Part shown: in pieces, positions 9,856 to 17,507 of the stretch
How the letters are laid out: every line of letters begins with the position of its first letter
Position numbering within the stretch: the stretch's first letter is position 1
DNA from: Candidatus Multivorans sp.
GTDB taxonomy: Bacteria > Acidobacteriota > Thermoanaerobaculia > Multivoradales > Multivoraceae
Direction: 5' to 3'
Assembly (NCBI GenBank): GCA_965220845.1
Contig: CBDCRA010000005.1
Coordinates: 16 to 64,015 of the forward strand
Length of the DNA stretch: 64,000 nucleotides
Notes under the pieces: model-generated
Told to the model about the DNA's origin: nothing
The model's database searches: none
The model's input: the letters and a program-made list of their open reading frames with translations, nothing else
Made by a program: the position numbers and the translations under genes

Positions 9856-11348
9856 CGGCGGGAGGTCGAGAGGCGCGCGTCAACGTCGAAGGCGTCGCCG
9901 TACCGACCGGCCACCTGATCGGCGGCCGCCGTGTCGGTGGAGGCGGCGGTTTCGAGGTCCGTTCGCCGATCGACTGGGACTGGAAGCTGGCCGAGTTGCC
10001 CGAGGCGGGGGCGTCGGAAGTCGACGCCGCCGTCGCGGCGGCGCGCGGCGCCTTCCCGGACTGGGCGGCGCTGGGACCGGAGGGCCGGGCGCCGTACCTG
10101 CTGCGCCTTGCCGCGGAGGTCGAACGGAGAGCCGCCGAGATCGCCCAGGTCGAGACGATCGACAACGGTTCCCTGCTGGAGGCGATGAGGGAGCGGGTGA
10201 TCCCGCGCGGCGGGATGAACTTCCGTTTCTTCGCCGAGTACGCGGTGTCGCGCCTGGCCGAGCCGGCCCGCACGCTGCACGGCGGCGAGCGGAACACGGT
10301 CCGGCACGATCCGGCCGGTGTCGTCGCCGTGTCGACGCCCTGGAACGCGCCCTTCATGCTGGCGACCTGGCGGGTCGGGCCGGCGCTCGCGGCCGGCGAC
10401 ACGGTCGTCCTCAAGCCGCCGGAGTGGGCGCCGCTGACCTGCTCGCTGCTCGGCGACCTGGCCGAGGAGGCCGGGTTGCCGCCGGGGGTGCTGAACATCG
10501 TCCACGGCGGGCCGGAGACGGGGGCTCTCCTGATCGGCCACGCCGGCGTCGACCGGATCGCCTTCACCGGCTCGCCGGCGACCGCGCGCACGGTGGGGGC
10601 CGCCGCGGCGGCGGAGCTCACTCCCGTCTCCTTCGAACTCGGCGGCAAGTCGCCGTTTCTCGTCTTCGCCGACGCCGACCTGGAGGCCGCCGCGCGCACC
10701 GCCGCGTACCAGTACGACAACTCGGGTCAGGTCTGTCTGGCCGGAACCAGGCTGCTGATCGAGCGGAGCTGCCTCGAGGCCTTCATGGAGCGGTTCCTGG
10801 CGGAAGTCGAGGCGATCCGCGTCGGCGACCCGCGGGAAGCCGCGACGACCTACGGCCCGCTGATCCATCCTCGCGCGCTGGCGCGCGTCGAAAGCCACGT
10901 CGAGAAGGCGCTCGCCCAGGGGGCGGCGCTCCGTTTCGGCGGCAAGAGCAGCGGCGGGCTCTACTACCCGCCGACCCTGTTCGCCGACGTGCCGCCCGGT
11001 GCCGACGTTCTCCGCGAGGAGGTGTTCGGGCCGGTGCTCACCCTTCAGACGTTCGATGGCGACGAAGAGGCGGTCGCCCTGTCCGAGTCGACCGACTACG
11101 GGCTCGCCGCGATGATCTTCACCGGCGACGAGGCTCGTGCCGACCGTCTCTCGCGGCGGATCAGCGCCGGCACGATCTGGGTCAACTGCTTCTACGTCCG
11201 CGACCTGGAGACCCCCTTCGGCGGCACGAAGCACTCCGGCATCGGCCGCGAGGGCGGCCGCCACTCGTTCGACTTCTACTGCGACGTGAAGACGGTCTGC
11301 CAACGGACCTCCGCGTTCGCGGCCACCGCAACAGGAGACAGCCCGTGA
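9852..11348 (+). CDS. NAD(P)-dependent aldehyde dehydrogenase (hydroxymuconic-semialdehyde-type)
   Basis: ALDH motifs: FTGSPATARTV, ELGGKSP, catalytic Cys in VCLAGTR. GTG start at 9852 overlaps the FAH stop. The track start at 9690 is an out-of-frame overlap. Confidence 0.85.
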   Translation: MTAGGREARVNVEGVAVPTGHLIGGRRVGGGGGFEVRSPIDWDWKLAELPEAGASEVDAAVAAARGAFPDWAALGPEGRAPYLLRLAAEVERRAAEIAQVETIDNGSLLEAMRERVIPRGGMNFRFFAEYAVSRLAEPARTLHGGERNTVRHDPAGVVAVSTPWNAPFMLATWRVGPALAAGDTVVLKPPEWAPLTCSLLGDLAEEAGLPPGVLNIVHGGPETGALLIGHAGVDRIAFTGSPATARTVGAAAAAELTPVSFELGGKSPFLVFADADLEAAARTAAYQYDNSGQVCLAGTRLLIERSCLEAFMERFLAEVEAIRVGDPREAATTYGPLIHPRALARVESHVEKALAQGAALRFGGKSSGGLYYPPTLFADVPPGADVLREEVFGPVLTLQTFDGDEEAVALSESTDYGLAAMIFTGDEARADRLSRRISAGTIWVNCFYVRDLETPFGGTKHSGIGREGGRHSFDFYCDVKTVCQRTSAFAATATGDSP

Positions 11349-12256
11349 TCGGCGGCATCCACCACGCAGGCCTCACCGTCACCGACTTCGCCGAGGCCTC
11401 GGCCCGCTGGCAGCGCCTGCTCGGCCTCAGCCTGGCCACGGATGACGGCGCGCTGCTCCGCTGCGCCTACGAGGACTTCTGCGTCCGCCTCTCCGCCGGC
11501 GACCGCGGTTGCGTCGACTACATCGCCTACGAACTCGAACCCGGCGTGACCCTGGCCCAGGCCGGCGACCGGCTGTCCGACGCCGGAACGCTCGCCGTAC
11601 CGATCGAACTCCCGTCCGGCCGTTTCGGGCTGCGCACCGCCGACCCGGACGGCAACGGCGTGGTCGTCGTCGAGCACACAGCACCGGACGACCCGCGGCC
11701 CGACGTCTGCAAACAGTCGGACACCCTGCCCGGCTTCCATCCGCGGCGGCTCCAGCACGTGAACTACCTCACCGCCGACACGCCGCGCGCCGTCAAGTGG
11801 TACGTCGAGGCGCTCGGCCTCAAGATCACCGACTGGATCGGCGACGACGCCTGCTGGCTCCACGCCGACCGCGACCATCACGTGCTCGCCTTCCTCGACA
11901 AGGGCTACGCCCACATCCACCACGTCGCCTTCGAGCTGGCCGACTGGGGCGAGATGCGGGTCGGCCTCGACCACCTCGCGGCCCACCGGCGGCCGATCGT
12001 CTGGGGTCCGGGCCGCCACGGCATGGCCCAGAACCTGTTCGCCTACTGGCGGATGCCCGAGGAGGGCACCTTCATCGAGTTCTTCGCCGACATGGAAGTC
12101 CTCGGCCCGAACCACCAGGTCCGCCACTTCCCCGACGACGCCTTCGCCTCGAACACCTGGGGCCAACTGCCCCCGCGGTCCTACTTCCGCTTCGACGAAG
12201 AAGCGATCCGCGCCGAGTGGGACCAGTCCCAGCAACTGGGCGCCCAACTCTCCTGA
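11345..12256 (+). CDS. Type I extradiol ring-cleavage dioxygenase (VOC superfamily; catechol/homoprotocatechuate 2,3-dioxygenase-like)
   Basis: 303 aa from GTG 11345 (MIGGIHHAGLTV...). Two VOC modules. Metal-ligand His in HHVAFEL. Overlaps the ALDH stop. The track start at 10424 is an artefact. Confidence 0.8.
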   Translation: MIGGIHHAGLTVTDFAEASARWQRLLGLSLATDDGALLRCAYEDFCVRLSAGDRGCVDYIAYELEPGVTLAQAGDRLSDAGTLAVPIELPSGRFGLRTADPDGNGVVVVEHTAPDDPRPDVCKQSDTLPGFHPRRLQHVNYLTADTPRAVKWYVEALGLKITDWIGDDACWLHADRDHHVLAFLDKGYAHIHHVAFELADWGEMRVGLDHLAAHRRPIVWGPGRHGMAQNLFAYWRMPEEGTFIEFFADMEVLGPNHQVRHFPDDAFASNTWGQLPPRSYFRFDEEAIRAEWDQSQQLGAQLS

Positions 12257-12504
12257 CAGCTCCCGGACGACTGGTAGCGGCCGTGGTCAGGCGGTGGCCT
12301 GAGATGTGCCGAAGATGGCCTTCGGCGGGATGTGCGAAAGATCGGCAGGTAAGCAACGATTTACGCCAAGATCGTCACTTCACATGGAGATTTACGCCCT
12401 GGCCCCAGGAGTGCTGGCCGTGCCGGCCGGCTGGTTGTTCTCCCCTCCGGGATGAGCCGCCGTTGCGGCCGCCGCGACGCTGAGCGCGAGGCGGGTGCGC
12501 GGGC

Positions 12505-13185
12505 TCATCGAGACTGCCTCGAAAGTTCGCGTTCGGTAGCGCGGGAAACCGGTCCTTCGAGCATGGCCGCCATCGCGTCGAGCAGCGTCTCGAAGAACAG
12601 CTCGGCGTCGGCGCCGTCGAAGGCGCCGCCTGAGAGCGCCCGTTGGGCGAGGGCCAGCGCCGCCATCCGGTGCATCAGGTCGAAGCGCCGGTCCGCCAGC
12701 GCCTTGGGGATGCCAAGCTGCGCGCGGATGCGCTTCGCCACCTCGCCCACTCCGGCGCCCGTGTAGCGGGTCGCGCCCTCGCGGAGCTCCTCGCCGGGCA
12801 GGAAGACGAGCTGCCCGACCACCTTGAGGAAAAGCGCGAACTCCGGATCCCGCCGGGCGATCCGCACGGGAGGCATGACCGCCACCTCGCAGAGGCGGCG
12901 CACGTCCTGCACTTCGCCGGCGTCATCCAGCTCGTGGAGCATGCGCTCCCGCTCTTCCCCGATCTGTGCGCCGCGCTTGACGTACATGGCGTCGATGAGC
13001 CCCTCGCGGCCGCCGAAGTGGTACTGGAGGGCGGACTCGTTGCGCTGGCCCGCTTCGCGCAGGATGGCGCGAGTGGAGGTCGGGCCGACGCCCTGCTCGG
13101 CGAAGAGTCTCTCGGCGGCTCGAAGCAGCTTCTCCCGCGTTGTCTCGCCGGCCGTCACCGTCGCCGCGCGTGCACCGCCGCTCAT
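12505..13185 (-). CDS. TetR-family transcriptional regulator
   Basis: N-terminal HTH (TREKLLRAAERLFAEQGVGPTSTRAILREAG). 226 aa. Convergent with the catabolic block and divergent from the sulfatase gene. Confidence 0.85.
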   Translation of the reverse strand: MSGGARAATVTAGETTREKLLRAAERLFAEQGVGPTSTRAILREAGQRNESALQYHFGGREGLIDAMYVKRGAQIGEERERMLHELDDAGEVQDVRRLCEVAVMPPVRIARRDPEFALFLKVVGQLVFLPGEELREGATRYTGAGVGEVAKRIRAQLGIPKALADRRFDLMHRMAALALAQRALSGGAFDGADAELFFETLLDAMAAMLEGPVSRATERELSRQSR

Positions 13186-13226
13186 CGCAACCCGGGGACC
13201 TGCTTCGCCGCCGTGCGGAGAGGAGG

Positions 13227-13265
13227 ACTAATGACATTCATCAGCACTAATGATAGACATTAGCA
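13227..13265. promoter_or_regulatory. AT-rich partially palindromic element (CTAATGACATTCATCAGCACTAATGATAGACATTAG) in the TetR/sulfatase divergent region; candidate operator
   Basis: Outer arms CTAATG...CATTAG are exact reverse complements. It is a rare AT-rich patch in a 70% GC genome, directly upstream of the tetR start. Confidence 0.3.
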
Positions 13266-13280
13266 GATCGGTCCCAAGGC

Positions 13281-15863
13281 ATGACTCACGGGTTCATCTC
13301 CAGACGACGAAGGAAGCGCCGGGGCGGCGTGCGAGTGCTGGCGTCGGCGCTCATGGCGGCCGCGGCCCTGCAGGCGTCCGCGTCGACGGCGGCGGAGTCC
13401 GTGGCTCCTGCCGTCCCGCCGAACGTCGTCGTCGTGCTCGCGGACGACGTAGGCTTCACGGACCTGGGCGCGTACGGCAGCGAGATTCGCACGCCCCACA
13501 TCGACGCGGTCGCCGAGCGCGGCGTGCGCTTCTCGAACTTCCATGCTTCGCCGATGTGCTCTCCGTCGCGGGCGATGCTGCTCACCGGTGTGGACTCGCA
13601 CCTGACCGATGTCGCCAGCCTGCATGTGGCCACGCCGCTTCGTCATCGCGGTCGACCGGGCTACCGCGGCGAGTTGAGCACCGACGTGGTCACGATCGGC
13701 AGCCGGCTGCGGGCCGCCGGCTACCGCACTTACCTGAGCGGCAAGTGGAACCTCGGCCACGGCCCCACCTCGCTGCCCAGCGCGCGCGGATTCGATCGCA
13801 CGTTCGCGCTTGACGCCACCGGCGCCGACAACTTCGAGAAGAAGCCCTACCTGCCCATCTACGGCGAGCCTCCCTGGTTCGCCGACGGCGAGCCGACCGA
13901 TCTGCCGGACGATTTCTATTCGTCGGAGCACCTCGTGGACAAGCTCGTCGAGTTCATCCACATGGACCGGGCCGCGGGTGGGGTGCCACAGCCCTTCTTC
14001 GCCTACCTCGCCTTCCAGGCGGTCCACCTGCCGGTTCAGGCGCCGCGGGAGTTCATCGAGGGATACGAGGGCGTCTACGACGAAGGATGGGACGCGCTGA
14101 GGCGAGAGCGTCATCGCCGCGCCGTCGAAGCCGGTGTCTTTCCCCCCGGAGCCGCGCCGTCGACCATCCCCGAACAGGCGGACTGGGATGCTCTCTCGCC
14201 GGAGGAGAAGGCGTTCGCCGCGAAGAACATGGCGGTCAACGCGGCGATGCTCGAAGCGATGGACCACCACTTCGGTCGACTCGTCGAGTACCTCGGGGAG
14301 GAAGGGCTCCTGGAGAACACCGTTTTCGTCGTGCTGTCCGACAACGGTCCGGAGGCCGGCGACCCGGCCCAGAGCGGTCAGTTCGCGCGCTGGGCGGAGC
14401 GTGTCGGCTACCGCCGCGATCTCGAGACGCTCGGCGAGAAGGGGAGCTACGCGATCATCGGCCCGCACTTCGCGCGGGCTGCGGCCGCTCCGCTCGCGTA
14501 CTACAAGTTCCACGGCGGCGAGGGCGGGATTCGCGTCCCGTTGATCCTCGCCGGGCCTGGCATCGAGGCGCGAGGAGTCGCCCCGGCTTTCTCCTTCGTG
14601 ACGGATCTCGTCCCCACGATCCTCGAACTCACCGGAACGGGGGACGACACTCCGTCCGGCGCGCATCCCATCGATGGCCGCAGCCTTGCTCCGGCGCTGC
14701 GCGATCCGTCAGCCCGGATCCATCCGCCGCCCGACGCCGTCGGCTTCGAGACCGCGGGCCACAAGGGCGTCTTCAAGGGCGACCACAAGCTCGTCCGCGT
14801 CGGCGCTCCGGTCGGCGACGGCCATTGGCGCCTCTTCAACCTCGCGGAGGACCCGGGCGAGACCCGCGACCTGGCCGCCGAACAGCCGGAGCGGTTCGCC
14901 GGGATGCTGGCGGACTACGAGGCCTACGCGGAGCGCGTGGGCGTGCTCGAAGTCCCGGCCTTCTATTCACCGGCCCGACAGCTTGCGATCAACTACTTCA
15001 CCGACCGCGCAAAGGAGACCTTCATGAAGACCAGGCTATGGACCGGACTCGGGCTGGCCGTCGTCGTTCTGGCGGCCGCCGTCTGGCTGGGACTGCCGAG
15101 AGTGCTCGTCGGCCTCGGCCTTCACGCCCACTACGAGATTCCGGCGATCGATCTCGCCGGCAAACGCGCTCTCATCGTGACGACCAGCCACGACACGCTG
15201 GGCGACTCGGGCAAGGCGACCGGTGTCTGGGCCTCGGAGATGACGGTGCCCTACTACGCGTTCACGGAGGCCGGAATGGCGGTCGACGTGGCGAGTATCC
15301 AGGGCGGCGCGATCCCGGTCGAGCGCCAGTCCGTTCGGTGGCCGGTCGCCACCGCGGCGGACAAACGCTACCTCCGTGACACCGAGTTTCGATCCAAGGT
15401 CGAGGACTCGCTGGCGATCGACGACGTCGACGCGAGCGCCTACGACATCGTCTTTCTCGCCGGCGGTTGGGGCGCGGCGTACGACTTCGGCCAGTCGGAT
15501 GACCTGGGCAGGAAGGTCAGCAAGGCGTACGCCCGTGAAGCCGTGGTCGGCGGCGTGTGCCACGGTCCCCTGGGACTGCTCCAGGCGATGACTCCGGCCG
15601 GAGAACCACTGGTGCGGGGGCGTCGCGTCTCGGCCGTTTCGGACAAGCAGATCGAGGAGCTCGGCATCACCTTCACGCCGATGCACCCGGAGCGTGACCT
15701 GCGGGCCGCCGGAGCCCTGTTCGAGAGCGAGACCAGGTTTCGCGACATGCTCGCGAGCCGCGTCGTCGTCGACGGCCGTCTGGTGACGGGCCAGAACCAG
15801 AACAGCGGTGCCGAAACGGCGCACCGGATGATGGAGACCCTGCTGGACTCGAGGCGCTACTAG
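13281..15863 (+). CDS. Formylglycine-type sulfatase (13281-~15020) fused in frame, with no stop, to a TM helix and a DJ-1/PfpI domain (~15024-15863)
   Basis: Sulfatase signature CSPSRAMLLTG (C-x-P-x-R) with a signal peptide. From 15024, MKTRLWTGLGLAVVVLAAAVWL (TM) is followed by a DJ-1/PfpI fold (VGGVCHGPLGLL). A single 860-aa ORF with no internal stop. Confidence 0.6.
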   Translation: MTHGFISRRRRKRRGGVRVLASALMAAAALQASASTAAESVAPAVPPNVVVVLADDVGFTDLGAYGSEIRTPHIDAVAERGVRFSNFHASPMCSPSRAMLLTGVDSHLTDVASLHVATPLRHRGRPGYRGELSTDVVTIGSRLRAAGYRTYLSGKWNLGHGPTSLPSARGFDRTFALDATGADNFEKKPYLPIYGEPPWFADGEPTDLPDDFYSSEHLVDKLVEFIHMDRAAGGVPQPFFAYLAFQAVHLPVQAPREFIEGYEGVYDEGWDALRRERHRRAVEAGVFPPGAAPSTIPEQADWDALSPEEKAFAAKNMAVNAAMLEAMDHHFGRLVEYLGEEGLLENTVFVVLSDNGPEAGDPAQSGQFARWAERVGYRRDLETLGEKGSYAIIGPHFARAAAAPLAYYKFHGGEGGIRVPLILAGPGIEARGVAPAFSFVTDLVPTILELTGTGDDTPSGAHPIDGRSLAPALRDPSARIHPPPDAVGFETAGHKGVFKGDHKLVRVGAPVGDGHWRLFNLAEDPGETRDLAAEQPERFAGMLADYEAYAERVGVLEVPAFYSPARQLAINYFTDRAKETFMKTRLWTGLGLAVVVLAAAVWLGLPRVLVGLGLHAHYEIPAIDLAGKRALIVTTSHDTLGDSGKATGVWASEMTVPYYAFTEAGMAVDVASIQGGAIPVERQSVRWPVATAADKRYLRDTEFRSKVEDSLAIDDVDASAYDIVFLAGGWGAAYDFGQSDDLGRKVSKAYAREAVVGGVCHGPLGLLQAMTPAGEPLVRGRRVSAVSDKQIEELGITFTPMHPERDLRAAGALFESETRFRDMLASRVVVDGRLVTGQNQNSGAETAHRMMETLLDSRRY

Positions 15864-17491
15864 CCCGAGAAGTAGACCATCACGGCGGCGACGATCAGCA
15901 CCAGGACGACCGACAGCGTCCGGTCCAGCCGGCGCTTCGCCGGGTCGGATTCGGCCAGGAGGTCGGCGTTGCCGGCCCGGCTCCAGGTCAGGCCGGCGAC
16001 GCGCTGCTCGGAGGGCGGCGGGAACCAGAGGCTGACGGCCACCAGCACGGCGGCGCAGATCAGGAACAGGAAGATCGCGACGTGCATGAAGTTGATGTCG
16101 GCGAAGGTGTAGAGGAAGCCGCTCAGGCTCTCCTTGTTCAGCTCCGCGACGAGCCGGCCCATTCCCAGGACGAAGCCGACGGCGAGTGACGCGATCGCGC
16201 CCTGGGCGTTGAGGCGCTTCCAGAACAGCCCCAGCAGGAACACCGCGGTGACCGGCGGGGAAATGTACCCCTGGACGCTCTGGAGGTACTGGTAGAGCGT
16301 GCCGGAGATGTTCTGCATCAGCGGGATCCAGAGCAGGCCCAGGCCCACCAGGCCGATCGTCGCCGTCTGCCCGACGAGGACCAGGCGTCGCTCCGAGACG
16401 CCGGGGTGGAGCTTCTTGTAGATGTCGATCGTGATCAGCGTCGAGCAGGAGTTGAAGACGGAGGAGAGGCTGCTCATCAGCGCCGCCAGCAGTCCCGCGA
16501 CGACGAGTCCGCGGAAGCCCGCCGGCAGAAGCGCCACGACGAGGGCCGGCAGCGCCTGGTCGGAGGAGGCGAGTTCGAGCTTCCCGGACTCGGCCAGGCA
16601 GTAGGCGATCACGCCGGGCACGACGAACAGGAAGAGCGGCAACTGCTTGAGGAAGCCGGCGAAGATCGTGCCGCGCCGGGCGTCGTCGATGCCTCGGGCT
16701 GACAGAGCTCGCTGGACGATGAATTGGTCGGTGCACCAGTACCAGACCGCGATGATCGGCGCGCCGAAGGCGATGCCGGTCCACGGGAAGTCCGGGTCGG
16801 ACATCGGCTTCCACATGTCGAAGAAGCCTGGACCGGCGGTTTCGACCATGACCCGCCAGCCGCCGAGTTCGGCGAGGCCGAGGATCGTCACCGTGGAAGC
16901 GCCGACGATCAGGACGATGGCCTGCAGCAGGTCGGTGTAGACGACGGCGCGGAGACCGCCGAGCACTGTGTAGACGCCCGTGATCACGACGACCACCAGG
17001 GCGCCCGTCCAGAAGTTGATGCCCATCAGGGTCTCGAAGACGACGCCGCCGGCGTAGATCGTCACCGAGATCTTGGTCAGGACGTAGCCGATGACCGAGA
17101 TCACCGAGAGGTACCAGCGGGCCGCGGGCGAGTAGCGCCGCTCGAGGAACTCGGGCATCGTGAAGATGCCGCTCTTGACGTAGAACGGCACGAACAGCCA
17201 GCCGAGGATGAGCAGGATCAGCGAGGCCTGGAGCTCGAACTGGCCGAGAACGAGGCCGCTCTGGGCGCCGGTGCCGGCCAGGCCGACGAGGTGCTCCGAG
17301 CCGATGTTCGAGGCGAAGAGGGAAGCGCCGACGACGAACCAGCCGACGTTGCGGCCGGCGAGGAAGTAGCTCGACGAGGTGCGTTCGCCGTGCCGGACCC
17401 GCCGGATGGCCCAGAGCGCGATGGCGAAGACGCCGGCGAAGTAGAGGGCGACGACGGTCCAGTCGAGGGTCGTGATCTTCGCCGTCAGCAT
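15860..17491 (-). CDS. Sodium:solute symporter (SSS family)
   Basis: 543 aa, about 13-14 TM segments. N-terminal SSF signature (YFLAGR..G, GASLFASNIGSEHLVGLAG). Confidence 0.85.
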   Translation of the reverse strand: MLTAKITTLDWTVVALYFAGVFAIALWAIRRVRHGERTSSSYFLAGRNVGWFVVGASLFASNIGSEHLVGLAGTGAQSGLVLGQFELQASLILLILGWLFVPFYVKSGIFTMPEFLERRYSPAARWYLSVISVIGYVLTKISVTIYAGGVVFETLMGINFWTGALVVVVITGVYTVLGGLRAVVYTDLLQAIVLIVGASTVTILGLAELGGWRVMVETAGPGFFDMWKPMSDPDFPWTGIAFGAPIIAVWYWCTDQFIVQRALSARGIDDARRGTIFAGFLKQLPLFLFVVPGVIAYCLAESGKLELASSDQALPALVVALLPAGFRGLVVAGLLAALMSSLSSVFNSCSTLITIDIYKKLHPGVSERRLVLVGQTATIGLVGLGLLWIPLMQNISGTLYQYLQSVQGYISPPVTAVFLLGLFWKRLNAQGAIASLAVGFVLGMGRLVAELNKESLSGFLYTFADINFMHVAIFLFLICAAVLVAVSLWFPPPSEQRVAGLTWSRAGNADLLAESDPAKRRLDRTLSVVLVLIVAAVMVYFSG

Positions 17492-17507
17492 GGCGTGTCC
17501 TCCTCGC

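Noticed and set aside
9576-11303. 575-aa and 363-aa - strand ORFs
   Set aside because: Antisense to the ALDH gene. Pro/Arg/Ala-rich low-complexity translation.
10424-12256. 610-aa + strand ORF treated as one gene
   Set aside because: Only the last 303 aa, from GTG 11345, are the extradiol dioxygenase. The upstream 300 aa are an alternative frame of the ALDH gene.
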